Source: Micrococcales bacterium UBA7469 (GTDB lineage: Bacteria > Actinomycetota > Actinomycetes > Actinomycetales > Microbacteriaceae). Taken from it: 64,000 nucleotides of DNA. Positions 20,245 through 29,211 of this stretch are shown in pieces; position 1 is the stretch's first letter; the number at the start of each line of letters is the position of its first letter. The position numbers and the translations under genes were made by a program. Below the pieces are notes generated by a model. The model was given only the letters and a program-made list of their open reading frames with translations, had not been told where the DNA came from and made no database searches. The stretch lies in assembly GCA_002479805.1 (NCBI GenBank), contig DLPB01000025.1, positions 3,625 to 67,624 on the forward strand. Direction: 5' to 3'.

Positions 20245-22034
20245 CCATAGATTCGGTCCACGTGCAGGGCGAAGTCAGCCATTACCTTAGGACGCTTGAT
20301 CTTGAGCGATGGGGTCAGGTGCCCAGATGCCTCGGTTAGCTCAACGTCCAAAATCTCAAACTCCTTGATCTGCTCGGCACTGGAGAACTTCTTGTTCACC
20401 TCGGCAATCAAGTTTTTGATCTCTTCGCGAATCTTCGGATGCTTGGCGGCCTCAGCCAGGGTCAGCTTCTCGGCGATGCCATTGTTGGCAGACCAAACTG
20501 GAACCATCTCTGGATCGAGTGAAATCAGTGCACCGATGAAAGGCTTGGCATCTCCGATTACCACTACCTGACCGACCAACGGGTGAGCGCGGATTGGGTC
20601 TTCGATCGGAGCTGGGGCAACATTCTTTCCACCTGCGGTAACCAGGATTTCCTTCTTGCGACCGGTGATGGTCAGGAAGCCATCCTCGTCCAGCTCACCA
20701 ATGTCGCCGGTGTGGAACCAGTCGTCGGAGAATGCCTCGCGAGTTGCGCTTTCGTTCCTCCAGTAGCCGCGCATCACGTTGATGCCGCGCAGCCAAACTT
20801 CACCATCATCGGCAATCTTGATGCCGGTGCCAGGAAGGGCACGGCCGACCTTGCCGATTTTCTGCCAGCTGACGCGACCAATCACGGCGGCCGCTGCGGT
20901 CTCGGTGAGGCCGTAGCCTTCGAGCACAACTAGGCCAATGCCACGGTAAAAGTGACCTAGGCGGGCACCCAGCGGAGCACCTCCGGAGATGGCGTATTTC
21001 ACGTTCCCTCCCATTGCGGCGCGAAGCTTGGAGTAGACCAGCTTGTCGAATATTCCGTGCTTGATCTTGAGACCAAGCGATGGGCCAGCCTTTGAGTCGA
21101 GCGCCTTGCTGTATTCGATGGCGGTCTCCGCGGCAGCACGGAAGATCTTGCCTTTGCCTCCGGCCTCAGCCTTCAGTTCTGCACCGTTGTAAACCTTCTC
21201 GAAGACACGTGGCACAGCCAGTAGGAAGGTTGGCTTGAATACCGGAAGCACCTCCGCCACCAGCTTGGTGTCTCCTAGGTGACCGACTCTGATGCCCGCG
21301 TATATGCAGAGCACCGACACGTAGCGAGCCAAGATGTGAGCCATCGGCAAGAAGATCAGGGTGTGCTGCTTATCGTTTGCAATCTCCGGGATCTCAGCCG
21401 CGGCATTCTTGCAGTGGTCAACCAGTGATCGGTGAGTTAGCTCGCAGCCCTTTGGGTTACCGGTGGTTCCCGAGGTATAAACAATGGTCGCTAGATCGCC
21501 AAGTTTTGCGTTGGTTCTTGCGGTTTCCAAGACCTCATCGGCTACCGCCTCACCCAACTGGTGCAGCTTGGTGAATTCTGCTGAATCAATCTTCCAAATC
21601 TGGCTCACCCGTGGGGCGTTGGCACGGATCTGGTTGACGCGCTCTAGGTGTTCGTCATTTTCGATAAAAAGCGCTACCGAGTCAGAGTCGGCGAGGATCC
21701 ACTCGATCTGAGGTGGGGAGCTGGATTCGTAGATGGGGACGGTGACGGCACCGGCAAACCAAATTGCGAAGTCAATCATTGACCACTCGTAGCGAGTCTT
21801 GGACATGATTGCTACCGCCTGGCCTGGCTTGATGCCAGAGGCAATCAACCCCTTGGCCAGAGTGCGCACTTCGCCTAGGAAGTCACTCGCGGTCACATCG
21901 CGCCAAGTCTTGTCTGGGTTCTGGCGAGAAAAGAGTGCGTGCTGTGGGCTCTTCTTAACTCGCTCCAACAGAAGATCGGTCGCGTTGTCTTGCGGGTTTG
22001 ACTCCACCAGAAGTGGCACATCGTAAAACGTCAT
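20241..22034 (-). CDS. Long-chain fatty acid--CoA ligase (FadD15-like AMP-dependent synthetase)
   Basis: YTSGTTGNPKG, GYGLTE, FHTGDIG, GRKKE, LTPSLKIKR. Confidence 0.93.
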   Translation of the reverse strand: MTFYDVPLLVESNPQDNATDLLLERVKKSPQHALFSRQNPDKTWRDVTASDFLGEVRTLAKGLIASGIKPGQAVAIMSKTRYEWSMIDFAIWFAGAVTVPIYESSSPPQIEWILADSDSVALFIENDEHLERVNQIRANAPRVSQIWKIDSAEFTKLHQLGEAVADEVLETARTNAKLGDLATIVYTSGTTGNPKGCELTHRSLVDHCKNAAAEIPEIANDKQHTLIFLPMAHILARYVSVLCIYAGIRVGHLGDTKLVAEVLPVFKPTFLLAVPRVFEKVYNGAELKAEAGGKGKIFRAAAETAIEYSKALDSKAGPSLGLKIKHGIFDKLVYSKLRAAMGGNVKYAISGGAPLGARLGHFYRGIGLVVLEGYGLTETAAAAVIGRVSWQKIGKVGRALPGTGIKIADDGEVWLRGINVMRGYWRNESATREAFSDDWFHTGDIGELDEDGFLTITGRKKEILVTAGGKNVAPAPIEDPIRAHPLVGQVVVIGDAKPFIGALISLDPEMVPVWSANNGIAEKLTLAEAAKHPKIREEIKNLIAEVNKKFSSAEQIKEFEILDVELTEASGHLTPSLKIKRPKVMADFALHVDRIYG

Positions 22035-22120
22035 TGTTTATCTCCCATTCGAGTTTGAAATACTCTAACCCCGAGAATGAGTGCGAGAGCTACAACGTAT
22101 GTAACTTTTTTCCTGTTTTT

Positions 22121-22148
22121 TTGTAACCTTTCCACAAAGCGGTAAAAT
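22121..22148 (+). promoter_or_regulatory. Candidate promoter for the glk-plsC-aroG operon
   Basis: TTGTAA-16 bp-TAAAAT preceded by T-rich tract. Confidence 0.45.
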
Positions 22149-22176
22149 TTAGACTCGCTCTACCAAAGAGGTTCAA

Positions 22177-23133
22177 ATGCTCTCAGTCGGAATCGACATC
22201 GGTGGTACCAAGATTTTGGGTGCCCTGGTAGATGAGCATGGCCAAATCCTTTTCGAGACCAAGGTTCCCTCGCCAGCCCAAGACCCTGATCTGATGGTTG
22301 CCACCGTTGTGGATCTGATCAAAGAGGTCAGCTCACAGGCCAAATCTGCGGTGGTTGGCGCGGGCGTAGCGGCAGCCGGGTTTATCGATGCCGATCAGTC
22401 CACGATTCTCTACGCTCCGAATCTCAACTGGCGCAATGAGCCATTTAGAGATCGCCTGCAGGTTCACCTCGACCTTCCGCTGGTTATCGAGAACGACGCC
22501 AACGCCGCTGGTTGGGCCGAGTACAAATTTGGCGCAGGTCGCGGCAGCAAAGACATGGTGATGCTAACCCTCGGCACCGGAGTTGGCGGGGCAGTTGTTG
22601 CCGACTACAAGCTGCGTCGTGGTGGTTTTGGAATCGCCGGTGAGCTTGGACACGTTCGAGTGGTGCAGGACGGCAAGCAGTGCGGCTGCGGTCGAAAAGG
22701 TTGCGTCGAGCAATACTCATCCGGAACCGCGGTCGTGAAAGCTGCTAAGAAGTTAGCGGCCAGTTCTGGACCGGCGGGTCAACGTTTACGCGAACTCAAG
22801 GCGGAGAGCGGTGAACTAACCGGCGCTCAGGTTTACCAGGCACTTTTGGAGGGCGATGCCGCGGTTTACTCCATCTTCCGCGAAGCCGGACGTTACCTCG
22901 GTCAGGCGATGGCAACAATCACCGCGGTATTGGACCCACAGGTCTATGTCATCGGCGGCGGACTCTCAGACGCCGGGGAGTTGATTCTGGAGCCGATTCG
23001 CGAGGGCTTCTTGGAAGATTTGCCAGCTCGAGGCTTCCGGCCTGAAGCGAAAATCGTAACTGCCGAGTTTACGAATCAGGCCGGAGTTATCGGCGCTGCA
23101 GACCTAGCGCGCGAGTCGCTCGCTAAGCTGTAA
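22177..23133 (+). CDS. glk: ROK-family glucokinase
   Basis: GIDIGGTKI, ENDANAA, GTGVGG, GELGH, CGCGRKGCVE. Confidence 0.92.
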   Translation: MLSVGIDIGGTKILGALVDEHGQILFETKVPSPAQDPDLMVATVVDLIKEVSSQAKSAVVGAGVAAAGFIDADQSTILYAPNLNWRNEPFRDRLQVHLDLPLVIENDANAAGWAEYKFGAGRGSKDMVMLTLGTGVGGAVVADYKLRRGGFGIAGELGHVRVVQDGKQCGCGRKGCVEQYSSGTAVVKAAKKLAASSGPAGQRLRELKAESGELTGAQVYQALLEGDAAVYSIFREAGRYLGQAMATITAVLDPQVYVIGGGLSDAGELILEPIREGFLEDLPARGFRPEAKIVTAEFTNQAGVIGAADLARESLAKL

Positions 23134-23154
23134 GCATCGCGACTGGAGCACAAA

Positions 23155-23841
23155 TTGGCATATTTCATCATCAAGAACTTTATTCTTGGCCCAATTCTTC
23201 AGATTCTGTTTCGCCCATGGGTAAAAGGCTCAAAGAACGTCCCAAATTCTGGCGGCGCAATCTTGGCCTCAAACCACCTTTCATTCTCCGATTCGATTTT
23301 CTTGCCGCTGAAGGTGAGAAGACCGGTCACCTTCTTGGCAAAGAGCGACTACTTCACAGGCAAAGGCGTCAAGGGTGCGCTAATTCGCTGGTTCTTCAAA
23401 GCCACCGGACAGCTGCCGATTGACCGCTCGGGCGGCAAGGCTTCAGAGGACTCGTTGAACACTGGGCTTGGAGTGCTAGAGCGTGGTTTGCTGCTTGGCA
23501 TCTACCCGGAGGGCACCCGCTCCCCAGACGCCAAGCTTTACCGTGGCAGAACCGGCATTGCTCGTATGGTCCTTGAGGCAAAGGTGCCGGTGATTCCGGT
23601 TGCCATGATCGACACCGAGAAAGTTCAACCGATTGGTTCTAAGTATCCAAAGATTCGCCGTGTTGGCGTTGTAATTGGTGAGCCGTTGGACTTCTCAAGA
23701 TTTGCGGGCATGGAGGGGGAGCGCGCAGTGCTGCGAGCTGTCACCGATCTAATCGTTTACAACATCATGCAGCTGAGCAATCAGGAGTATGAAGATGTAT
23801 ACGCCTCCACAGTAAAGAACCGCATGGCACGGGCCGCATAG
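23155..23841 (+). CDS. plsC: 1-acyl-sn-glycerol-3-phosphate acyltransferase
   Basis: NHLSFSD, YPEGTRS motifs. Confidence 0.9.
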   Translation: MAYFIIKNFILGPILQILFRPWVKGSKNVPNSGGAILASNHLSFSDSIFLPLKVRRPVTFLAKSDYFTGKGVKGALIRWFFKATGQLPIDRSGGKASEDSLNTGLGVLERGLLLGIYPEGTRSPDAKLYRGRTGIARMVLEAKVPVIPVAMIDTEKVQPIGSKYPKIRRVGVVIGEPLDFSRFAGMEGERAVLRAVTDLIVYNIMQLSNQEYEDVYASTVKNRMARAA

Positions 23842-23854
23842 GTAAGGGATCGCT

Positions 23855-25195
23855 TTGACAGACTTCGGATTAGACAACTACCTCAAGCTAGAGGCCAAGC
23901 AGCAGCCAACCTGGGCTGATGCTGAGGTGCTCGAGCAGGTCAAGAAGGAGCTCGCGGTTCAGCCACCGCTGGTATTCGCTGGTGAAGTAGACACCTTGCG
24001 GGAGCGAATTGCTCAAGCGGCCAGGGGAGAGGCGTTCTTGCTCCAGGGCGGTGACTGCGCTGAGACATTTGTCGATGCCACCGCCGACCGGATTCGCAAC
24101 CGCATCAAGACCGTGCTTCAGATGGCAGTGGTGTTGATGTACGGCTCGTCGTTGCCAGTTATCAAGATGGGGCGCATGGCCGGTCAGTTTGCCAAGCCAA
24201 GATCATCCGATTTTGAAACTCGCGATGGCGTCACCCTGCCCGCCTACCGCGGCGATGCGGTAAATGGCTATGAGTTCACTGAGGAATCCCGCCGAAACGA
24301 CGCCAGACGTTTGATGCAGGCGTACCACACATCCTCCAGCACATTGAACTTGATTCGTGCTTTCACCACCGGTGGCTTTGCCGATTTGCGTCAGGTGCAC
24401 GCTTGGAATAAGGGCTTTACTGACAATCCAGCAAATAAGCAGTACGAGAGCATTGCGGGCGACATCGATCGTGCCATGAAGTTCATGGAAGCCTGCGGTG
24501 TCGATTCTGCCGAGTTGCGCAGCACTGAATTCTTTGTCTCCCACGAGGGATTGCTGTTCGACTACGAGCGACCTATGACTCGCATCGACTCTAGAACTGG
24601 AACTCCATACGTCACCTCCGGTCACTTCATTTGGGTTGGTGAGCGCACTAGGCAGCTAGATGGTGCACACATCGACTTCTTCTCCAGAGTGCGCAACCCA
24701 CTTGGTGTAAAGCTTGGGCCAACCAGCACGGTTGAAGATGTTAAGCAGATTATTGACAAGCTTGACCCAACTCGCGAACCAGGACGTCTGACTCTGATTT
24801 CACGCATGGGTGCCGGAAAGATTCGTGACGAGCTGCCTAAGTTGATCGAGGCGGCAAGGGATGCCGGGGCGACACCGCTTTGGATTACCGACCCTATGCA
24901 CGGCAATGGCATCACCACGAAGAACGGCTACAAGTCACGTCGGTTCGAAGATGTGATGGATGAGGTAATGGGCTTCTTCGAGGTCCACCGCGCACTCGGA
25001 ACCCACCCGGGTGGCCTGCACGTTGAGCTAACCGGTGACGATGTTGCAGAGTGCTTGGGCGGCTCGGAGATGATCGATGAGGCAACGCTTGAAGAGCGCT
25101 ACGAGTCGGTTTGCGATCCTCGCCTAAACCACATGCAGTCACTCGAGCTTGCCTTCTTGGTTGCCGAGCAGCTGGTCCAGACTCAGAGGGGTTAG
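23855..25195 (+). CDS. aroG: Class II DAHP synthase
   Basis: LQGGDCAE, GRMAGQFAKPRS, WVGERTRQ, DPMHGN, CDPRLN. Confidence 0.96.
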   Translation: MTDFGLDNYLKLEAKQQPTWADAEVLEQVKKELAVQPPLVFAGEVDTLRERIAQAARGEAFLLQGGDCAETFVDATADRIRNRIKTVLQMAVVLMYGSSLPVIKMGRMAGQFAKPRSSDFETRDGVTLPAYRGDAVNGYEFTEESRRNDARRLMQAYHTSSSTLNLIRAFTTGGFADLRQVHAWNKGFTDNPANKQYESIAGDIDRAMKFMEACGVDSAELRSTEFFVSHEGLLFDYERPMTRIDSRTGTPYVTSGHFIWVGERTRQLDGAHIDFFSRVRNPLGVKLGPTSTVEDVKQIIDKLDPTREPGRLTLISRMGAGKIRDELPKLIEAARDAGATPLWITDPMHGNGITTKNGYKSRRFEDVMDEVMGFFEVHRALGTHPGGLHVELTGDDVAECLGGSEMIDEATLEERYESVCDPRLNHMQSLELAFLVAEQLVQTQRG

Positions 25196-25537
25196 TTGAT
25201 GTCGCTTCCAGGTGTTGATAGCTGGCTAACGATTGATCAGGCTGCTGACCTGCTGGGAATATCCGCATCCAAGGTCAGAAGGCTAATCGAAGAGTATGTG
25301 CTCTTCAGTGTCCGCGTGGACAAGCAGCCCATGATTCCGGCTCACCTAATCCAAAACGGCGAGCCGCTTGCCAGCATTCGCGGCACGCTGATCCTGCTTT
25401 TGGACTGCAGTCTCACCTTGGATGAGGCGATCGAGTGGATCTATGCCGAGAATGACATTCTTGGCAGAACTCCGATTTCCGCGCTTCTGGAGGGCCACAA
25501 GGCTCCAGTAAGAAGAGCCGCACAAGCCCTGGGTTAA
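25196..25537 (+). CDS. Rv2175c-family DNA-binding protein
   Basis: N-terminal HTH (WLTIDQAADLLG), C-terminal TPISALLEG..VRRAAQAL; position between aroG and polyprenyl synthase. Confidence 0.82.
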   Translation: MMSLPGVDSWLTIDQAADLLGISASKVRRLIEEYVLFSVRVDKQPMIPAHLIQNGEPLASIRGTLILLLDCSLTLDEAIEWIYAENDILGRTPISALLEGHKAPVRRAAQALG

Positions 25538-26638
25538 TTACTTACTGCGGTTGATAACCGCTTGGGTAAGACCAGCCAGCTCTTTGCGGCCCTGATCTGA
25601 AATGTCTAGGTCGGCAAGCGCCTCAATGGCTCGAATCGAGTACTCCTCGATAAGTGCTTCAGTCTTGGCGAGCGCTCCCGAATCCACGATCGCAGTTCTC
25701 ATAAATTCGATTTGTTCGGCATCGATCTCTCCCGATACCAATAGCTCCTCGAAGATCCTCGCGACACTAGCGGGTAACGCTTCCAGCGTGAGCCCAATCA
25801 GCACGGTTCGCTTACCCTCGCGCAAATCATCACCGGCAGGCTTGCCGGTGACTTGCGGGTCACCAAAGACGCCCAAGATGTCATCGCGCAGCTGGAAGGC
25901 CAAGCCCAGCGGAATACCGAAGTCGCTGAGGCTCTTCAATTCCGAGTGGTGAGCGCCACCAAGAGCGGCACCGATGAGTAGCGGAGCCTCCAGGCTGTAT
26001 TTGGCAGTTTTGTAGAGCATCACCTTGTTGGCTCGGGCAACTGCCTCGGACTTGGATCTAATTGGTGCAGCGTTCTCCTCGAGCACGTCAAGATACTGGC
26101 CAGCCATCACCTCAAAGCGCATCTTCGAAAACTCAGTTCGGCAGGCCGCCTCAATCTTTTCGCCGGGGGAGTGCAGTAAGGCATCGCCGAAAAGCTCGGA
26201 TGACCAAGAGAGCATCATGTCGCCAACCAGAACTGATCCGGCTACCCCGAAGCGCTCTGGGCTGCCGGCAAACCGATTGGTTTGGTGCAGGGTTTCAAAT
26301 CGCTTGTGAATCGCAGGCTTGCCGCGGCGTAGGTCGGACTGGTCTAAAAGGTCATCGTGCACCAGCGCTGCGGCATGAAACATCTCCAGCGCTGCCGCGA
26401 CCGAAATTACCGGCGTTTCGGTGGTCAGTTTGCTGGTATCTACCGGTACCGGTTGGTAGCCGGCCCAGGCCCAAAACGCAAAGAGTGCGCGAAAACGCTT
26501 GCCTCCGGATAGTAAATCCTGGGTGTAATCGATGATTGGAATCAAGTCTTCGGAGATCTCAGATAGCTCGGCCCGCTTGATGTCACAGTAGACATCCAGG
26601 CGCTGCTGGACGAGATTTAACAGAAAACCTTGAGACAT
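25538..26638 (-). CDS. Polyprenyl (geranylgeranyl) diphosphate synthase, IdsA2-like
   Basis: GGKRFR, HDDLLDQSDLRRG, GQYLD, KTAKY, FQLRDDILG, DDLREGK. Confidence 0.93.
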   Translation of the reverse strand: MSQGFLLNLVQQRLDVYCDIKRAELSEISEDLIPIIDYTQDLLSGGKRFRALFAFWAWAGYQPVPVDTSKLTTETPVISVAAALEMFHAAALVHDDLLDQSDLRRGKPAIHKRFETLHQTNRFAGSPERFGVAGSVLVGDMMLSWSSELFGDALLHSPGEKIEAACRTEFSKMRFEVMAGQYLDVLEENAAPIRSKSEAVARANKVMLYKTAKYSLEAPLLIGAALGGAHHSELKSLSDFGIPLGLAFQLRDDILGVFGDPQVTGKPAGDDLREGKRTVLIGLTLEALPASVARIFEELLVSGEIDAEQIEFMRTAIVDSGALAKTEALIEEYSIRAIEALADLDISDQGRKELAGLTQAVINRSK

Positions 26639-26694
26639 ACGGGATAGCCTAACCGAGCTTCGCTGTTTACAATTAGGGAAGATCGGAGTTCACC

Positions 26695-27039
26695 ATGGGA
26701 CTATCTGAGCGCGAGCAAAAACTGCTCGAAGAGATGGAACGCAACTTGATGGCGCAGGACGCCGAGTTCGCTAAGACCATCTCTAACACCACCAGCGCCA
26801 ATCAGTCGGCGGGCAAGCTGGTGCTTGGCGTGCTAATCCTGATTTCCGGCCTTGGCTTACTGGTGCTTTCGGTGGCGCTGCAGGTTGCGTTTTTCGGGGT
26901 TGTGGCCTTCCTGGTGATGGTCATTGGCCTGGTAATCGCCAGCGCAAATTTCCGACTTCCTGAACTTCCAGCCGCGGGTGAAAAGCCAAAAACTAACTTT
27001 TTTGAGGATCGCTGGAACCAGCGCTTCGGCAACGAATAG
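26695..27039 (+). CDS. DUF3040-family membrane protein
   Basis: MGLSEREQKLLEEMER start, two TM helices, FFEDRW tail; upstream of mraZ. Confidence 0.85.
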   Translation: MGLSEREQKLLEEMERNLMAQDAEFAKTISNTTSANQSAGKLVLGVLILISGLGLLVLSVALQVAFFGVVAFLVMVIGLVIASANFRLPELPAAGEKPKTNFFEDRWNQRFGNE

Positions 27040-27052
27040 CAAACCCTGATTT

Positions 27053-27076
27053 AACCCCGCTGCGGCGGGGTTTTTT
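27053..27076 (+). terminator. Rho-independent terminator
   Basis: AACCCCGC-TGCG-GCGGGGTT hairpin followed by T run. Confidence 0.85.
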
Positions 27077-27126
27077 CGTTTAACAAAGTTGACCAAAACG
27101 TGATAAAAAACACGCCAAAATAACCC

Positions 27127-27159
27127 AAAGTGGAGGAAAGTGGAGTAAAGTGGAGTAAA
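27127..27159 (+). promoter_or_regulatory. MraZ binding repeats
   Basis: Three AAAGTGGAG direct repeats at 10-bp period directly upstream of mraZ. Confidence 0.88.
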
Positions 27160-27180
27160 TAGCTTGGGAAAGGGGTCAAA

Positions 27181-27612
27181 GTGCTACTTGGTACTCACAC
27201 GCCCAAGCTGGATGAAAAGGGACGTTTGATCCTCCCTGCCAAGTTCCGCGATGAACTGGGCGATGGAGTGGTAATCACCCGCGGCCAAGAGCGCTGCCTA
27301 TATGTCTTTTCTGCTAAAGAGTTCGCTGCCGTGCACGACAAGATCCGCCAGGCACCGCTGACCAACGAGGACGCTCGTCGCTACCTGCGTGTTTTTCTCT
27401 CCGGTGCCAGCGACGAGACCCCAGACAAGCAGGGCCGCGTGCTACTGCCACAGCTATTGCGTGACTACGCCAACCTTTCTAAGGATCTAGTAATCATCGG
27501 TGTTGGTTCTAGGGCTGAAATCTGGGATGCCAAGACCTGGAATGAATACCTAGAGCGCAACGAAGACGGCTTCTCCTCACAGGCGGAGGAGGTGATCCCC
27601 GGGTTGTTCTAA
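27181..27612 (+). CDS. mraZ: Division/cell wall cluster repressor MraZ
   Basis: LDEKGRL and DKQGRV repeats, RAEIWD. Confidence 0.97.
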   Translation: MLLGTHTPKLDEKGRLILPAKFRDELGDGVVITRGQERCLYVFSAKEFAAVHDKIRQAPLTNEDARRYLRVFLSGASDETPDKQGRVLLPQLLRDYANLSKDLVIIGVGSRAEIWDAKTWNEYLERNEDGFSSQAEEVIPGLF

Positions 27613-27710
27613 CCCTGCACCTTGGCCCTTGGCCGTGCTCCGGCCTTCTTCCCCGAAGTCGGAACAAGTGAAAACCAAGCTCACAAACGGACAAGGACCA
27701 AGTTGCAGGG
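27613..27710 (+). ncRNA. mraW RNA motif (actinobacterial cis-regulatory hairpin)
   Basis: Long stem CCCTGCA/TGCAGGG, CTTGG/CCAAG, CCTTG/CAAGG, CCGT/ACGG, TCCGGC/GTCGGA closing a CTTCCCC loop, between mraZ and rsmH. Confidence 0.8.
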
Positions 27711-27729
27711 AGAGACAAAAGGGAATCTC

Positions 27730-28686
27730 ATGGTTCAGACTTCAGAACTGCACTCCCCGGTAATGCTCCAGCGCTGCCTAGACCTACTGCAGCCCGGTTT
27801 CAACGTGGCCAAGCCAGTCGCAATCGACTGCACCTTGGGCCTCGGTGGCCACACCGAAGCACTGTTGATTCAGAACCCAACCCTCACCGTTATTGGCATC
27901 GATCGCGACCCAAGCGCAATTGCACTAGCGTCCGAGCGACTTGAGCAATTCGGTGAGCGTTTTATCCCAGTGCTAGCCGTCTACGACGAAATCGAGAGCA
28001 TCCTTGAGCGTCTAGAGATTCCAGCGGTGCACGGTATTTTGATGGACCTTGGCGTCAGCTCCATGCAGCTGGATGTCGCAGACCGCGGCTTTTCATATGC
28101 TCAAGAGGCCGAGCTAGATATGCGCATGGACCAGACCCGTGGTAAGACAGCTGCTGACCTGCTAGCAACCCTGGACGAGGCAGAGCTCGCTCGCATCTTC
28201 CGTCGCTACGGCGAGGAGCGTTTCGCTGGCCCAATTGCTCGTCGAATCGTGCGCGATCGTCAGCTAGCGCCGATCACCACTTCCACCCAGCTGAACAAAA
28301 TTGTCGTCGATGTTGTCCCAGCTGCACCTGGCAAGACCAATGGCCACCCGGCCAAGCGGATCTACCAGGCCCTAAGAATTGCCGTCAACGATGAGCTAGG
28401 TGTTTTGGAAGACGCCATGCCCCAGGCGATTGATGCGCTAGCTGTTGGCGGCCGCCTAGTGGTTATGTCATACCACTCCCTGGAGGACGGGATTGTCAAA
28501 GATGCCCTCCAAGCGGCCGCCACAAGTTCTACTCCGGTTGACATGCCTGTCGAATTGCCAGGCACTGCACCGGTTTTGAAAATCATCACCCGCGGTGTGG
28601 AGCGCGCCACGGAGATCGAACTGGAGAAAAACCCGAGGTCGGCGTCAGCCAGGCTTCGGGCTGCAGAAAAACTGGAGGGTAACTAA
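27730..28686 (+). CDS. rsmH: 16S rRNA C1402 N4-methyltransferase
   Basis: HSPVM, DCTLGLGGH, DLGVSSMQLD, SYHSLED, NPRSASARLR; start moved to ATG 27730. Confidence 0.97.
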   Translation: MVQTSELHSPVMLQRCLDLLQPGFNVAKPVAIDCTLGLGGHTEALLIQNPTLTVIGIDRDPSAIALASERLEQFGERFIPVLAVYDEIESILERLEIPAVHGILMDLGVSSMQLDVADRGFSYAQEAELDMRMDQTRGKTAADLLATLDEAELARIFRRYGEERFAGPIARRIVRDRQLAPITTSTQLNKIVVDVVPAAPGKTNGHPAKRIYQALRIAVNDELGVLEDAMPQAIDALAVGGRLVVMSYHSLEDGIVKDALQAAATSSTPVDMPVELPGTAPVLKIITRGVERATEIELEKNPRSASARLRAAEKLEGN

Positions 28687-29205
28687 ATGGCGGTTTACAT
28701 GGTTTCGCAGGCTCAGGCTAAGCAGCTGCGTCCAAAGATGACGGCGGGATTGATCCTGGTAGCCGGCATCATCGTGGTGATGCTAGGCCAGCTGGTGCTG
28801 AACATGATCCTTACCCAGGATGCCTACCACCTGCGCTCGCTGAAGCTTGAAAAGCGCGACCTCACCACCCAGGTTCAGATTCTGCAGGAAGAAGTTGACT
28901 CGCTAGCATCACCGCAGAACCTCGCAGATGCCGCAAACCGTCTCGGCATGGTGGCAAATCCAGCCTCGGTGCTACTTGACATCGAAAACGACAAGGTATT
29001 TGGAAAGCCAAAGCCAGCCAGCGCGGCCAGCGCAGCTGTGGCTTCCGCCAACCTGGTAGCCAACGCCGCTATGGGGACCGTCTCCGATTTCTCGGAGGCA
29101 ACCGTGGCAAGTGCAGAGGTAGCTGAGAGTGTCGAAACCGAGAAACCAGCCGCATCTGGCTTAGTTTTGGAGCAGGGTCTAATCCCAGCTTCACCAACCA
29201 GATAG
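28687..29205 (+). CDS. ftsL: FtsL-like cell division protein
   Basis: Single TM, coiled coil, SPQNLADAANRLGMV; between rsmH and ftsI. Confidence 0.7.
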   Translation: MAVYMVSQAQAKQLRPKMTAGLILVAGIIVVMLGQLVLNMILTQDAYHLRSLKLEKRDLTTQVQILQEEVDSLASPQNLADAANRLGMVANPASVLLDIENDKVFGKPKPASAASAAVASANLVANAAMGTVSDFSEATVASAEVAESVETEKPAASGLVLEQGLIPASPTR

Positions 29206-29211
29206 GGCACC

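Noticed and set aside
27127..27159. Short direct repeats as CRISPR or iterons
   Set aside because: 10-bp period GTGGAG repeats directly before mraZ are MraZ boxes; no spacers, cas or rep genes
27622..27729. N-terminal extension of RsmH in the ORF track
   Set aside because: Region is the mraW RNA hairpin; homologous RsmH sequence begins near ATG 27730
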